Part shown: positions 47,000 through 56,426 of the stretch, in pieces
How positions within the stretch are numbered: position 1 is the stretch's first letter
Layout of the letters: each line of letters starts with the position of its first letter
DNA from: an uncultured bacterium
Lineage (GTDB): Bacteria; Fidelibacterota; Marinisomatia; Marinisomatales; JABMOV01
Direction: 5' to 3'
Assembly (NCBI GenBank): GCA_964654545.1
Contig: CAZZIU010000004.1
Span: forward strand, 8,156 to 72,155
DNA length: 64,000 nt
Program-made: the position numbers and the translations under genes
Notes under the pieces: model-generated
The model's database searches: none
Told to the model about the DNA's origin: nothing
Seen by the model: only the letters and a program-made list of their open reading frames with translations

Positions 47000-48241
47000 A
47001 TGTCACAGTCACTCGAACATACAATTATAGAGATGGCTGCCACGCCAGGCAACGCATCTCTTCCCAAGGAGGGAGCAACTCCAGAAAAGAGTGGCGCTCC
47101 TAAGGGATCGGGCGGTAAAGTCGCTCCTCCTTCACAGTCTACTGATCCAGGTGGAAACTTTAAGGCTTCTGAGAAGGCTGGAGATGCCACTAAGAAGACA
47201 AAGGGCCGTCGTGGTGATAAAGAAGGAAAAGAGACTGCATCTGAGCCAACCACAATTGCTGATCCAGGCAAGAAGGTCCTCTCTCCAGAGACAGTAAAGG
47301 AAGAAGAAATGGAAGATGAAACCACTGAGGTTGTTTCCGAAGAGGAACTAGACGATCTAGTAGTCAAGGCTCTTGATGAGATGGATGAGGACGAGCTTCG
47401 CGAGCTTCTTGACTCTATTTCAGAAGTCGCCGAGGAAGAAGATGGCGAAGAGATTGAAGAGGGTGCAGAAGAGGAAGAAGATGCTCCTTTCCAGTTTGAT
47501 CGCATCACCGCAGAGGATCTGAATATCACTGATGATCTTAACGTGATCGTTAGTGACGAAGAGGGTCTATCTGAAGAGTTCCAGAACAATGCGCGCATTC
47601 TCTTTGAGAGTGCTGTTGTTGCTAAAGTCAATGAGAAGATTGATGAGCTTGAGGAAGCCTATAATTTTCAGATTGATGAGGCAGTTGAGAACATTTCTGC
47701 CAATCTAACCGAAAAGGTTGACGGGTATCTCGATTATGTAGTGAGAGAATGGATGGAAGAGAATGAGCTTGCCATCGAGCGCGGTATTCGTTCAGAGATT
47801 ACCGAAGAGTTCATTACTGGTCTAAAGAGCCTATTCGAGAATCACTACATCGATATGCCAGAAGAGAAGGTTGATGTCGCAGAGGCGTTAGCCGAAAAGG
47901 TAGAAAATTTAGAATCACAGCTCAACCAAGTTGTGGAATCTAACATCGAACTACAAAGAGAGCTTGGCTCGAAAGAGCGAAGTAATCTAGTCGATGAATT
48001 AACAAATGATTTGGCTGATACTGATTCAGAAAAACTTCGAGGTCTTGCAGAAGGCATTGAGTTTGAGGATACAGATCAGTACAAAGATGCTTTAGTCACT
48101 CTTCGTAATAAGTATTTTCCGAAATCAGATCCAAGTATGATTTCAGAAGAGGTTATTGAAGAGGGATTAGACGTAGATAATGGGTTGTCGGGGGCAATGG
48201 CTGCCTACACCAACACACTTGGTAGAACTGTAAGAAACTAA
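47000..48241 (+). CDS. g22: prohead scaffolding core protein gp22
   Basis: Highly acidic and coiled-coil-rich, 413 aa, between g21 and g23. The Ser-rich antisense ORF (46981..47631) mirrors its GAA/GAG runs. Confidence 0.75.
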   Translation: MSQSLEHTIIEMAATPGNASLPKEGATPEKSGAPKGSGGKVAPPSQSTDPGGNFKASEKAGDATKKTKGRRGDKEGKETASEPTTIADPGKKVLSPETVKEEEMEDETTEVVSEEELDDLVVKALDEMDEDELRELLDSISEVAEEEDGEEIEEGAEEEEDAPFQFDRITAEDLNITDDLNVIVSDEEGLSEEFQNNARILFESAVVAKVNEKIDELEEAYNFQIDEAVENISANLTEKVDGYLDYVVREWMEENELAIERGIRSEITEEFITGLKSLFENHYIDMPEEKVDVAEALAEKVENLESQLNQVVESNIELQRELGSKERSNLVDELTNDLADTDSEKLRGLAEGIEFEDTDQYKDALVTLRNKYFPKSDPSMISEEVIEEGLDVDNGLSGAMAAYTNTLGRTVRN

Positions 48242-48244
48242 ATT

Positions 48245-48252
48245 TATAAATA
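48245..48252 (+). promoter_or_regulatory. T4-type late promoter TATAAATA
   Basis: Perfect octamer 44 nt upstream of the g23 start. Confidence 0.7.
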
Positions 48253-48295
48253 AAAACAATAAACTGAGATAAAATCAGTTAAGGAGTAAAAAGAT

Positions 48296-49624
48296 ATGTT
48301 GCTTTCAGAAGAGTTACAGAGGAAGTGGCAGCCAGTCCTAGAGCATGAGTCTCTTCCCCCAATTACGGATCCTTATAAGAGAGCCGTGACTGCTGCACTT
48401 CTAGAGAATCAGGAACAAGCTATCAAAGAGAGTGGCGAGTCGGGCGGCCTTCTAGCCGAGAATCAGACTGCTACATCTGCCGTTGATAACTACAATCCTG
48501 TACTTATTTCACTAGTTCGTCGTTCAATGCCTAACCTTATTGCATATGACATTTGTGGTGTTCAGCCAATGACAGGCCCCACTGGCCTGATCTTTGCGAT
48601 GCGCGCTGTATATGCAAACAGTACTGTTGACACGATGAACCCACTTGTAGCTGGCCAGCAAGGTCCTGCCAATACTGACATTACGGGTCCAACACTCGCT
48701 AATCAGCAGTCTGAGGCGCTATACTGGGAAGCTAACACTGGCTTTGGTGGAGCTGGCGGCGCGCCAGTGAATACAGCCGCTTTTGCGACTGTTTCTCAGA
48801 CACCAGCTGGCATGACAACCTCTGCTGCTGAAGAGGTTACACCTAGAGACATGGGCTTCAACATTGAGAAGGTCACTGTTGAGGCGACTAGTCGTGCGCT
48901 AAAGGCTGATTACTCGATCGAGATGGCACAAGACCTAAAGGCGATCCATGGTCTTGATGCTGAGACTGAGCTATCGAACATCCTTAGTGCTGAGATTCTT
49001 GCTGAGATTAACCGAGAGGTTGTCCGAAAGATTGTCGCTAGTGCGAAGCAGGGTGCTCAGACTGGTACTGCCAATGTTGGTGAGTTTGACCTTGACGTTG
49101 ATGCGAACGGCCGTTGGAGCGTTGAGAAGTTCAAGGGTCTTATGTATCAGATCGAGCGCGAAGCAAATGCGATTGCTAAGGAGACTCGCCGAGGTAAGGG
49201 TAACATCGTCATCTGTTCAGCAGATGTCGCTTCTGCTCTCTCAATGGCTGGTATTCTTGACAACACACCAGCACTCGCTTCAAATAACCTACAGGTCGAT
49301 GACACTGGCAACACCTTCGCGGGTGTTCTCAATGGCCGATTCAAGGTCTTCATCGATCCTTATCACTACAACGTGAATGGTTGGGAGTATGCGACAGTTG
49401 GTTATCGAGGCTCTTCAGCGTATGACGCTGGGTTCTTCTACTGCCCATATGTTCCTCTACAGATGGTGCGTGCTGTCGATAGTGCTACCTTCCAGCCAAA
49501 GATCGGGTTCAAGACTCGCTATGGCCTAACTGCAAATCCATTTGCAACAAGTGCCGCGGGTGGCTCTATCACTGATAGCAGTAACGCATACTATCGTCGA
49601 GTTCTTATCAAGAACCTCCTCTAA
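48296..49624 (+). CDS. g23: major capsid protein gp23
   Basis: The RKWQPVLEHESLPPITDPYKRAVTAALLENQEQ N-terminus and the IAYDICGVQPMTGPTGLIFAMR block are characteristic of T4-like gp23. It has an AAGGAG SD and is followed by a terminator. Confidence 0.95.
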   Translation: MLLSEELQRKWQPVLEHESLPPITDPYKRAVTAALLENQEQAIKESGESGGLLAENQTATSAVDNYNPVLISLVRRSMPNLIAYDICGVQPMTGPTGLIFAMRAVYANSTVDTMNPLVAGQQGPANTDITGPTLANQQSEALYWEANTGFGGAGGAPVNTAAFATVSQTPAGMTTSAAEEVTPRDMGFNIEKVTVEATSRALKADYSIEMAQDLKAIHGLDAETELSNILSAEILAEINREVVRKIVASAKQGAQTGTANVGEFDLDVDANGRWSVEKFKGLMYQIEREANAIAKETRRGKGNIVICSADVASALSMAGILDNTPALASNNLQVDDTGNTFAGVLNGRFKVFIDPYHYNVNGWEYATVGYRGSSAYDAGFFYCPYVPLQMVRAVDSATFQPKIGFKTRYGLTANPFATSAAGGSITDSSNAYYRRVLIKNLL

Positions 49625-49650
49625 TAGTACGCAAACCGTAAGATAGAAAA

Positions 49651-49682
49651 CCCCACTCCTTTATGGAGTGGGGTTTTTCTTT
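49651..49682 (+). terminator. intrinsic terminator after g23
   Basis: 9-bp GC-rich stem CCCCACTCC (49651-49659) / GGAGTGGGG (49665-49673), 5-nt loop, then TTTTTCTTT. Confidence 0.85.
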
Positions 49683-49690
49683 GCCTATCT

Positions 49691-49698
49691 TATAAATA
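49691..49698 (+). promoter_or_regulatory. T4-type late promoter TATAAATA
   Basis: Perfect octamer 22 nt upstream of ATG 49720. Confidence 0.65.
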
Positions 49699-49719
49699 GC
49701 TAAAAGAGAGGCAAACAAT

Positions 49720-50238
49720 ATGAGCAAACAACCAGCTAATCAGAATTTTCTATCTCCTGTTGGGTTTAGATTTGTTATCAATAAACTACCCAATGTTCAG
49801 TGGTTCATTCAGTCGGTCAACCTGCCTGGTGTGACCTTTGGAAGCATTACGCATTCCTTGCCTTTTCGTGGAACAAATCTTCCAGGAGATAGTTACGATT
49901 ACGAACCTTTGAATGTTCGATTCAAAGTAGACGAAGATTTGGCAAATTGGACAGAACTTCAAAACTGGATGGTGGGTTTAGGATTTCCCGACGACTATGA
50001 CCAATATGCCGATCTTTTAGCGACTCGTCGTGGCGGGGTCGATCCTCGATTTTCGGATGCAACATTAACTCTACTAGACAGTAATATGCGCCCGAATTAC
50101 GCTATTACATTTGAAGACGTGTTTCCAATCTCTTTGTCTTCTTTGGAATTCGACTCTCAGTCTTCCGATATTGATTACATAACAGCCGATGTAACATTTC
50201 ATTTTCTTACATATACCTATACGAGACTTCCTAGATAA
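49720..50238 (+). CDS. tail-tube-fold protein, probable tail completion/terminator (g3 position)
   Basis: FLSPVGFRFVINKLPNVQWFIQSVNLPGVTFG...PGDSYDYEPLNVRFKVDEDLANWTELQNWM has the gp19-like tube fold pattern. It lies after g23, where marine T4-like phages place g3. Confidence 0.6.
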   Translation: MSKQPANQNFLSPVGFRFVINKLPNVQWFIQSVNLPGVTFGSITHSLPFRGTNLPGDSYDYEPLNVRFKVDEDLANWTELQNWMVGLGFPDDYDQYADLLATRRGGVDPRFSDATLTLLDSNMRPNYAITFEDVFPISLSSLEFDSQSSDIDYITADVTFHFLTYTYTRLPR

Positions 50239-50243
50239 AAGTC

Positions 50244-50271
50244 TTGACAAAATAGAAATAAGCATTATACT
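50244..50271 (+). promoter_or_regulatory. sigma70-type (early) promoter
   Basis: -35 TTGACA (50244-50249), 16-nt spacer, -10 TATACT (50266-50271). It lies 33 nt upstream of the uvsY start, at the late-to-early module boundary. Confidence 0.6.
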
Positions 50272-50303
50272 TAGAGAGCTTTGTGTTTTAGGAGAATTAT
50301 AAT

Positions 50304-50741
50304 TTGAAACTTGATGAAATAGAATCTGAATGGACCACTGACTGTAAAATTGATGATACCGAATTGGATACCGAATCACTAAAAATACCGCAACTGCATA
50401 ACAAATATCTCAAGATATATAATCAAGAGAATTTGACGTATAAGAAATTAAGTTACCAGTATAAGGAATTAGAAAAAGTCAAATATGAATACTATTCTGG
50501 TAAGATGTGTCAAGAAGATTTGGACGAGCAAGGATGGGAACAATTCGATCATAAGTTATTGAAGCAAGATGTTCCCCGTTATCTCGAAAGCGATTCGCAA
50601 CTTATTGCTATTTTGATGAAAATGGATCTACAGAAAGAAAAAGTTGAATTTCTAAAATCGATCATCTCTAGTATCAATTCAAGAAATTGGCAGATTAATA
50701 ATGCTATTAAGTGGAGGCAGTTTATCAATGGAATCGGATGA
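50304..50741 (+). CDS. uvsY: recombination mediator UvsY
   Basis: TTG start with an AGGAG SD. KLDEIESEW...LHNKYLKIYNQENLTYKKLSYQYKELEKVKYEYYSGK parallels T4 UvsY (LEDLQEEL...LYSKWLNKH...ARLDYYSGR). Confidence 0.8.
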   Translation: MKLDEIESEWTTDCKIDDTELDTESLKIPQLHNKYLKIYNQENLTYKKLSYQYKELEKVKYEYYSGKMCQEDLDEQGWEQFDHKLLKQDVPRYLESDSQLIAILMKMDLQKEKVEFLKSIISSINSRNWQINNAIKWRQFINGIG

Positions 50742-51105
50742 ATTTGAGTACACACATATGCGAAAGATTCAATTTGCAAAAGCCTATCAGATCGAAGAAG
50801 ATAAAGATAAATGGCCAAGTTGGATCACCGATAATGAAGATATATATGAAACAGTATATGCTAAGTATACTCGTTCGTTGATTAAGCCTTTTGTTTCTGT
50901 CGTTGGAGATTGGGTAGTGTTGACTTCTCATCCTACCGAGCTTCTATTCATTCCTGATGCAAGATTTACTGCCGAATATGTTGCACTCGATGAACACAAA
51001 GATGAATATTTGACAGAAGAAGAAGTTATGGCTCTTGGTTTAACCGAAGATGAGATCGAATGGATTGAATACGATTTCGACGAAGAGTTTGCAGACGAAA
51101 ATTAA
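50728..51105 (+). CDS. hypothetical acidic protein (125 aa)
   Basis: I prefer ATG 50728 (GGAGG SD at 50713-50717) over the track start at 50701. The C-terminus is very acidic. No motif recognised. Confidence 0.45.
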   Translation: MESDEFEYTHMRKIQFAKAYQIEEDKDKWPSWITDNEDIYETVYAKYTRSLIKPFVSVVGDWVVLTSHPTELLFIPDARFTAEYVALDEHKDEYLTEEEVMALGLTEDEIEWIEYDFDEEFADEN

Positions 51106-51109
51106 TAAT

Positions 51110-52576
51110 ATGCCAGCAAGTTCTACGCTATTCATCACGCAAGTAAACGATGTGTATTTGGGTGTATATGCAGAAGAGTATATACTTCGCGAATTATCAG
51201 ATCATTTCACGTTTTTTGTTCCTGGTTATAAGTTCATGCCTGCATATCGTAATCGTGTGTGGGATGGCAAGATACGTTTGCTCAACACAAAGAACGGTCA
51301 GATATATGTAGGGCTGTTGGAGTACATTGTTAATTGGGCAGAAGAGAGGAACTATGACATCATCTTTCAAGATGATGCATTGGTTGGTGATGAAGAGTTT
51401 TCTGTTGCAGAAGCAGAAGAATTTGTTTCGACACTGAATCTTCCTTTCGCACCAAAAGAGTGGCAGATGAAAGGATTCGTTCATGCAGTTCGTAAGCGCC
51501 GAACGCTTCTTTTGTCGCCAACCGGTTCTGGTAAATCGCTAATCATTTACTTACTGGTCAGATATTATCAGCCTAAGCGAACGCTAATTATTGTGCCAAC
51601 TACATCACTGGTTGCACAGTTGTCTTCGGACTTTGCTGATTATGGATGGGATTCAAAAACAAACGTACATCAGATTATGTCAGGTAGATCCAAAGAGTCG
51701 AATGCACCAGTCGTCATTTCAACATGGCAGTCAATTTATAAAATGCCTGTTGAGTTCTTTGAGCAGTTCAGTGTAATCATTGGTGATGAGTGTCATCTAT
51801 TCAAAGCAAAATCATTGACAACGCTAATGACTAAGCTGATAAATATTCCATATCGAATCGGAACAACAGGAACATTAGACGGAACACAGACACATCAGTT
51901 AGTTCTTGAAGGATTGTTTGGTCGAGTCAAATCTGTTGCGACTACACGAGAATTGATCGATAAAGATTTTCTTGCTGGATTTCAAATCAAAGCATTGGTG
52001 TTAAATTATGCCGAAGAAGTGAAAAAAGAAATGGCAAGAAAAAAGTACCAAGAAGAAATTGACTTTTTGGTTAGCAATGAAAAGCGAAATGCATTCATTG
52101 CGAATCTTGCAGTATCGCTAAAACAGAATACACTTGTACTGTTCCAATATGTGGAGAAGCATGGTGTTCCTCTATTCGAGATGATTCGCGATAAGGTGGG
52201 AGACAAAAGAAAAGTATTTTTTGTTTCTGGTAAAACAGAAACGGAACAAAGAGAATCGATTAGAAGTATTGTAGAATCTGAAAAAGATGCTATAATAGTA
52301 GCTTCAAGTGGGGTGTATTCGACTGGAGTTAATATCAAGAAATTACATAACATCATCTTTACGCATCCGGGTAAATCAAGAGTTCGCACACTTCAGTCGA
52401 TTGGTAGAGGATTGAGAAAAGGAGAGCAAAAAGAAGAAGCGGTGCTGTATGATATTGTAGATGATTTGACATACAAAAATTATGAGAATTTTGCGACAAG
52501 ACATTTTAAGGAAAGGTTTGAATTATATCGATCGGAAAAGTTTTCGGTAAAGATATATCAAGTTAAATTCAAATAA
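51110..52576 (+). CDS. uvsW: UvsW DNA/RNA helicase (SF2)
   Basis: I prefer ATG 51110 over 51050. FTFFVPGYKFMPAYRNRVWDGKIRLLN parallels the T4 UvsW N-terminus. Helicase motifs: SPTGSGKS, DECH, TGT and QSIGRGLR. Confidence 0.9.
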   Translation: MPASSTLFITQVNDVYLGVYAEEYILRELSDHFTFFVPGYKFMPAYRNRVWDGKIRLLNTKNGQIYVGLLEYIVNWAEERNYDIIFQDDALVGDEEFSVAEAEEFVSTLNLPFAPKEWQMKGFVHAVRKRRTLLLSPTGSGKSLIIYLLVRYYQPKRTLIIVPTTSLVAQLSSDFADYGWDSKTNVHQIMSGRSKESNAPVVISTWQSIYKMPVEFFEQFSVIIGDECHLFKAKSLTTLMTKLINIPYRIGTTGTLDGTQTHQLVLEGLFGRVKSVATTRELIDKDFLAGFQIKALVLNYAEEVKKEMARKKYQEEIDFLVSNEKRNAFIANLAVSLKQNTLVLFQYVEKHGVPLFEMIRDKVGDKRKVFFVSGKTETEQRESIRSIVESEKDAIIVASSGVYSTGVNIKKLHNIIFTHPGKSRVRTLQSIGRGLRKGEQKEEAVLYDIVDDLTYKNYENFATRHFKERFELYRSEKFSVKIYQVKFK

Positions 52577-52590
52577 GGCATATATACAAT

Positions 52591-53109
52591 ATGGCAAAGA
52601 CTAAAAACGAGCCTCAAGAAATTTATTTACGTTACCTTCGTTTATCGAATGGTGATGAAGTTATTGCTGGTGTAACTCATCCTGGTCATTTTTCAGACTT
52701 TCCTGAGATTATCGAAATTCATGATCCACTAAAATTTGAACAATTGGAAAATCCATATAGTCAAAATATCACATTTATGTTTTATGATTGGATTCCTTGT
52801 ACCGATTTTAAATCTATTAAAATAGCATCGAGTAGTATTATTGCTATTACGACCTTAGCAAAAGATATGAAAGAACTGTATCATCAAGCAGTCAAGAAAA
52901 CTGGAGAAAATCGAGAGGAATGGAGAAATTCATCACTTGACAAAAAAACACCAAGCGATGCTAAAACAGCATTACAGGATTTGTTGTCAGTAATGCCTGA
53001 TGCTCCTTCAGATTGGATGGAAACTATATTTGGAGAATACGAAGATTATTATAAAGACAATGATATTATTAAGTCTATGATAGAAAAAAAGAAGTCTACT
53101 ATCCATTAG
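52591..53109 (+). CDS. hypothetical protein (172 aa)
   Basis: Clean ORF between uvsW and g55. The N-terminal LRLSNGDEVIAGV...IEIHDPLKF has a loose Sm-like look, but I do not consider that sufficient for a call. Confidence 0.45.
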   Translation: MAKTKNEPQEIYLRYLRLSNGDEVIAGVTHPGHFSDFPEIIEIHDPLKFEQLENPYSQNITFMFYDWIPCTDFKSIKIASSSIIAITTLAKDMKELYHQAVKKTGENREEWRNSSLDKKTPSDAKTALQDLLSVMPDAPSDWMETIFGEYEDYYKDNDIIKSMIEKKKSTIH

Positions 53110-53119
53110 GAGAATTGAG

Positions 53120-53644
53120 TTGGCAAAAAAGCAGCATTACATTGACAATAAGAAGTTTTTTCAGGCAATGGTTGAGTATAAGGAATCGATAGAAGAAGCT
53201 GAAGAGACAGGCGAACCCAAGCCTCAGATTCCTAATTTCATTGGTGAGTGTTTTATGCAGATTGCAGAACATTTGTCCTACAAGCCCAATTTTATCAATT
53301 ATACATTTCGCGATGATATGATTTCTGATGGAATTGAAAACTGTATTCAGTACATACATAATTTCGATCCAAAGAAGTCTCAAAATCCTTTTTCGTATTT
53401 TACGCAGATCATTTACTATGCATTTCTGCGAAGGATACAAAAGGAGAAGAAGCAACTGTATGTCAAGTATAAGTCTTTAGAAAAGGCAATTACAGAAGAC
53501 GAATTGTCTACTTTGCAGGAATATGAAAATTCTGAAAATCCTGCAAGTAGCCCGACATATGATATGCACCAAAACTTGTACGATTTTATCGAGCAATTCG
53601 AGGAAAAGAATTTCAAGAAAAAAGAGCCAAAGACAGCCGAGTAG
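53120..53644 (+). CDS. g55: late-transcription sigma factor gp55
   Basis: TTG start with an AGGAG SD. YIDNKKFFQAMVEYK...IPNFIGECFMQIAEHLSYKPNFINYTFRDDMISDGIENCI...NPFSYFTQIIYYAFLRRIQKEKK parallels T4 gp55. Confidence 0.85.
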   Translation: MAKKQHYIDNKKFFQAMVEYKESIEEAEETGEPKPQIPNFIGECFMQIAEHLSYKPNFINYTFRDDMISDGIENCIQYIHNFDPKKSQNPFSYFTQIIYYAFLRRIQKEKKQLYVKYKSLEKAITEDELSTLQEYENSENPASSPTYDMHQNLYDFIEQFEEKNFKKKEPKTAE

Positions 53645-53647
53645 TTT

Positions 53648-54724
53648 ATGAAGATAGCTTTATTGACCGATACGCATTTCGGTGCGAGAAATGATTCCCA
53701 AGTATTCAATGAATACTTCATGCAATTTTATGATGAGCTATTCTTCCCATACCTAGAAGAACACAACATTAAAACTGTTATTCATTTGGGCGATATTGTT
53801 GATAGGCGAAAGTATATCAACTTCAAAACGCTTGAGAATTTTAGAAACAATTTTGTTTATCGTTTGGGTAAGATGGGTGTTGAGACTCATGTGATTCTTG
53901 GCAATCATGATATTTATCACAAGAACACCAATAGCATTAATGCAATGCATACGCTGTTTACGACTCTTGATGGTAAGTACGAACCGTGGATATATACTGA
54001 TCCAACTGTTGTCAATTTTGATGGGTTGGACATACTATTCATTCCTTGGATCACACCAGAGAAATCTGAGAAATCGATTCAGACGATTAAGGATACGAAG
54101 GCACAAGTTGCATTTGGTCATTTAGAGGTTCAGGGTTTTCTTATGGCACCAGGTATGCAGCCCTCTTCTCATGGATTGTCTGCATCTCTGTTTGATAAGT
54201 TTGACATTGCTTGTTCTGGTCATTATCATCATCGATCAAATAATGGCACACTTTTCTATCTGGGTTCTGCATATGAAATTACATGGGCAGATTATCAAGA
54301 CGATAGAGGATTTCATATTTTTGATACTGATACACGAGAGTTGACGTTTATCAAAAATCCGAATCATATGTTTTATAAGATTTTTTATGATGACAAAGAT
54401 AAGCAATTGGAAGATGTGATTCCTGCGAATCTATCACAGTATAAGAATCGAATGGTAAAAGTAGTCGTAACCAATAAGACAAATCCATATTGGTTTGATA
54501 TTATGTTGGACCATTTGTATAAATCCGATCCATATGATGTGACTATTGTAGAAGATCATAGTGAATATGATGTAGACGATGAAACTGTTTCCGTTGATCA
54601 GGCTGAAGATACGCTTACAATTCTTGGTAAGTTTATCGATACAATGGAAACAAATGTGCAGAAGGAAGAACTCAAGACATTATTTGGTGAGCTATATAGC
54701 GAGGCAATGACAGTTAATGATTAA
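53648..54724 (+). CDS. g47: recombination nuclease subunit gp47 (Mre11/SbcD-like)
   Basis: Calcineurin-like phosphoesterase motifs: LLTDTHFG, HLGDIVD, GNHD, and GHLEV...GHYH. Confidence 0.9.
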   Translation: MKIALLTDTHFGARNDSQVFNEYFMQFYDELFFPYLEEHNIKTVIHLGDIVDRRKYINFKTLENFRNNFVYRLGKMGVETHVILGNHDIYHKNTNSINAMHTLFTTLDGKYEPWIYTDPTVVNFDGLDILFIPWITPEKSEKSIQTIKDTKAQVAFGHLEVQGFLMAPGMQPSSHGLSASLFDKFDIACSGHYHHRSNNGTLFYLGSAYEITWADYQDDRGFHIFDTDTRELTFIKNPNHMFYKIFYDDKDKQLEDVIPANLSQYKNRMVKVVVTNKTNPYWFDIMLDHLYKSDPYDVTIVEDHSEYDVDDETVSVDQAEDTLTILGKFIDTMETNVQKEELKTLFGELYSEAMTVND

Positions 54725-56426
54725 GTTTGAGAAAATTCGTTATAAGAATTTTTTGTCATCGGGTAATAATTTTTCGGAAATTGATTTAGCCAAAGATGCA
54801 AGAACTCTTATTGTTGGTAAGAACGGGTCAGGCAAAAGCACATTGCTTGATGCGATTACCTTTGGTCTTTTTGGTAAACCATTCAGAAAGATTAACAAAC
54901 CTCTATTGGTCAACACGGTAAATGATGGCGAGTGTTTGGTTGAAGTTGAATTTAGTATAGGCACTGCACAGTATAAAGTTCGACGAGGTATTAAGCCTGC
55001 GGTCTTTGAAGTGATTCATGATGGAAACACAATCGACCAAACCGCGAGCGCCAAAGACTTTCAGGAATACTTTGAGCATCAAATCCTACATCTCAATTTC
55101 AAATCGTTTACGCAAGCGGTGATTCTAGGTAGTGCCACATTTCTTCCATTTATGCAATTGCCGGCTGCACACAGAAGAGAAGTGATTGAAGACCTACTTG
55201 ATATTCGCATCTTCTCTGGAATGAATGTGATTCTCAAAGAGAGAATAGGGCAAGTAAAGACAAACATTTCTGAGAATGAACGAAACGTCGAGGTTGCAAA
55301 CGAAAAGATTCAAATTCATCGAAAACATCTCAATAAGATACAAGATGACAGAGAAGCAGTAATAACTGCAAAAGAAGCCGATATTTCAAATACCGCTATT
55401 ACTATCGAAAATCATCAAGAAATAGTCAGCGAAAACAATAAGTTAATCGACACGCTATCCGCTAAAATTGAGAATTTTGGAAAATTTGAAAAAACGAAGA
55501 ATAAGATAGAAGGTCTGATCGATAAGATATTGGTCAAAGAAAAGAAGCTCAATAAAGAGATTGATTTCTATCAAAAGCATGATGAGTGCCCAACTTGTCA
55601 GCAAGATATTCAATCGGATTTTAAGTCTTCTATTATAGAAGACAAGAACAAGATGATAGAAGAAGTCACTTCTGGTATTGAAACGCTGAACACCAAACTT
55701 GAAAAAGTTACCGACAGCATTACCAAAATGACCACAATTAAAGATCAAATCGTAAAGCTGGAAACGACGAGTAATAATTATTCGGGTGAAATCAAAACTC
55801 TTGAAATGTATATCGAGAAGATAAACCAAGAGATTGAGAACATGCGAGCAATCAATGAAGATTTTTCACAAGAACAGGAAGAACTAGAATGCCTCGAAAA
55901 GAGCATTCAGGAATACGAATCAGAAAAAGAAGAACTAATTACAGACAATGAATTGTATAGTGTAGCTTCAGCATTGCTTAAAGATAATGGCATCAAGACT
56001 CTCATCATTAAACAGTATATTCCAGTTATTAATAAGCTCATTAATCATTATCTTGCTTCAATGGATTTCTTTGTTAATTTTACACTTGATGAAAATTTCA
56101 ATGAAACAATTAAGAGCCGACATCGTGATAGCTTTTCATACTACAATTTTTCAGAGGGCGAAAAGAAACGAATTGATCTTGCTCTACTATTCACTTGGCG
56201 AACGATTGCGAAGCTCAAGAATTCGGTTAATACCAATTTGCTGATCATGGATGAAGTATTCGATTCGAGTCTTGATAGCGAAGGTACAGAAGAGTTTTTT
56301 AAGATTCTATATTCTGTTCCAGAAGATTTGAACATCTTTATCATTTCGCACAAGGATGCATTGCAAGATAAATTCACTAATACGATTAGTGTTGAGAAGG
56401 TGAAAGGATTTAGTAAACTGACATGA
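54717..56426 (+). CDS. g46: recombination ATPase subunit gp46 (Rad50/SbcC-like)
   Basis: Walker A GKNGSGKST, a long central coiled coil with a CPTC zinc hook, a FSEGEKKRIDLAL signature, and Walker B LLIMDEVFD. Confidence 0.9.
   Translation: MIKFEKIRYKNFLSSGNNFSEIDLAKDARTLIVGKNGSGKSTLLDAITFGLFGKPFRKINKPLLVNTVNDGECLVEVEFSIGTAQYKVRRGIKPAVFEVIHDGNTIDQTASAKDFQEYFEHQILHLNFKSFTQAVILGSATFLPFMQLPAAHRREVIEDLLDIRIFSGMNVILKERIGQVKTNISENERNVEVANEKIQIHRKHLNKIQDDREAVITAKEADISNTAITIENHQEIVSENNKLIDTLSAKIENFGKFEKTKNKIEGLIDKILVKEKKLNKEIDFYQKHDECPTCQQDIQSDFKSSIIEDKNKMIEEVTSGIETLNTKLEKVTDSITKMTTIKDQIVKLETTSNNYSGEIKTLEMYIEKINQEIENMRAINEDFSQEQEELECLEKSIQEYESEKEELITDNELYSVASALLKDNGIKTLIIKQYIPVINKLINHYLASMDFFVNFTLDENFNETIKSRHRDSFSYYNFSEGEKKRIDLALLFTWRTIAKLKNSVNTNLLIMDEVFDSSLDSEGTEEFFKILYSVPEDLNIFIISHKDALQDKFTNTISVEKVKGFSKLT

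Noticed and set aside
46981-47631. 216-aa Ser-rich ORF on the minus strand
   Set aside because: It is the antisense mirror of the GAA/GAG/GAT-rich acidic part of the g22 scaffold gene, which reads as TTC/CTC/ATC giving Ser/Leu/Ile. It is low-complexity, has no SD, and every credible gene in the window is on the plus strand.
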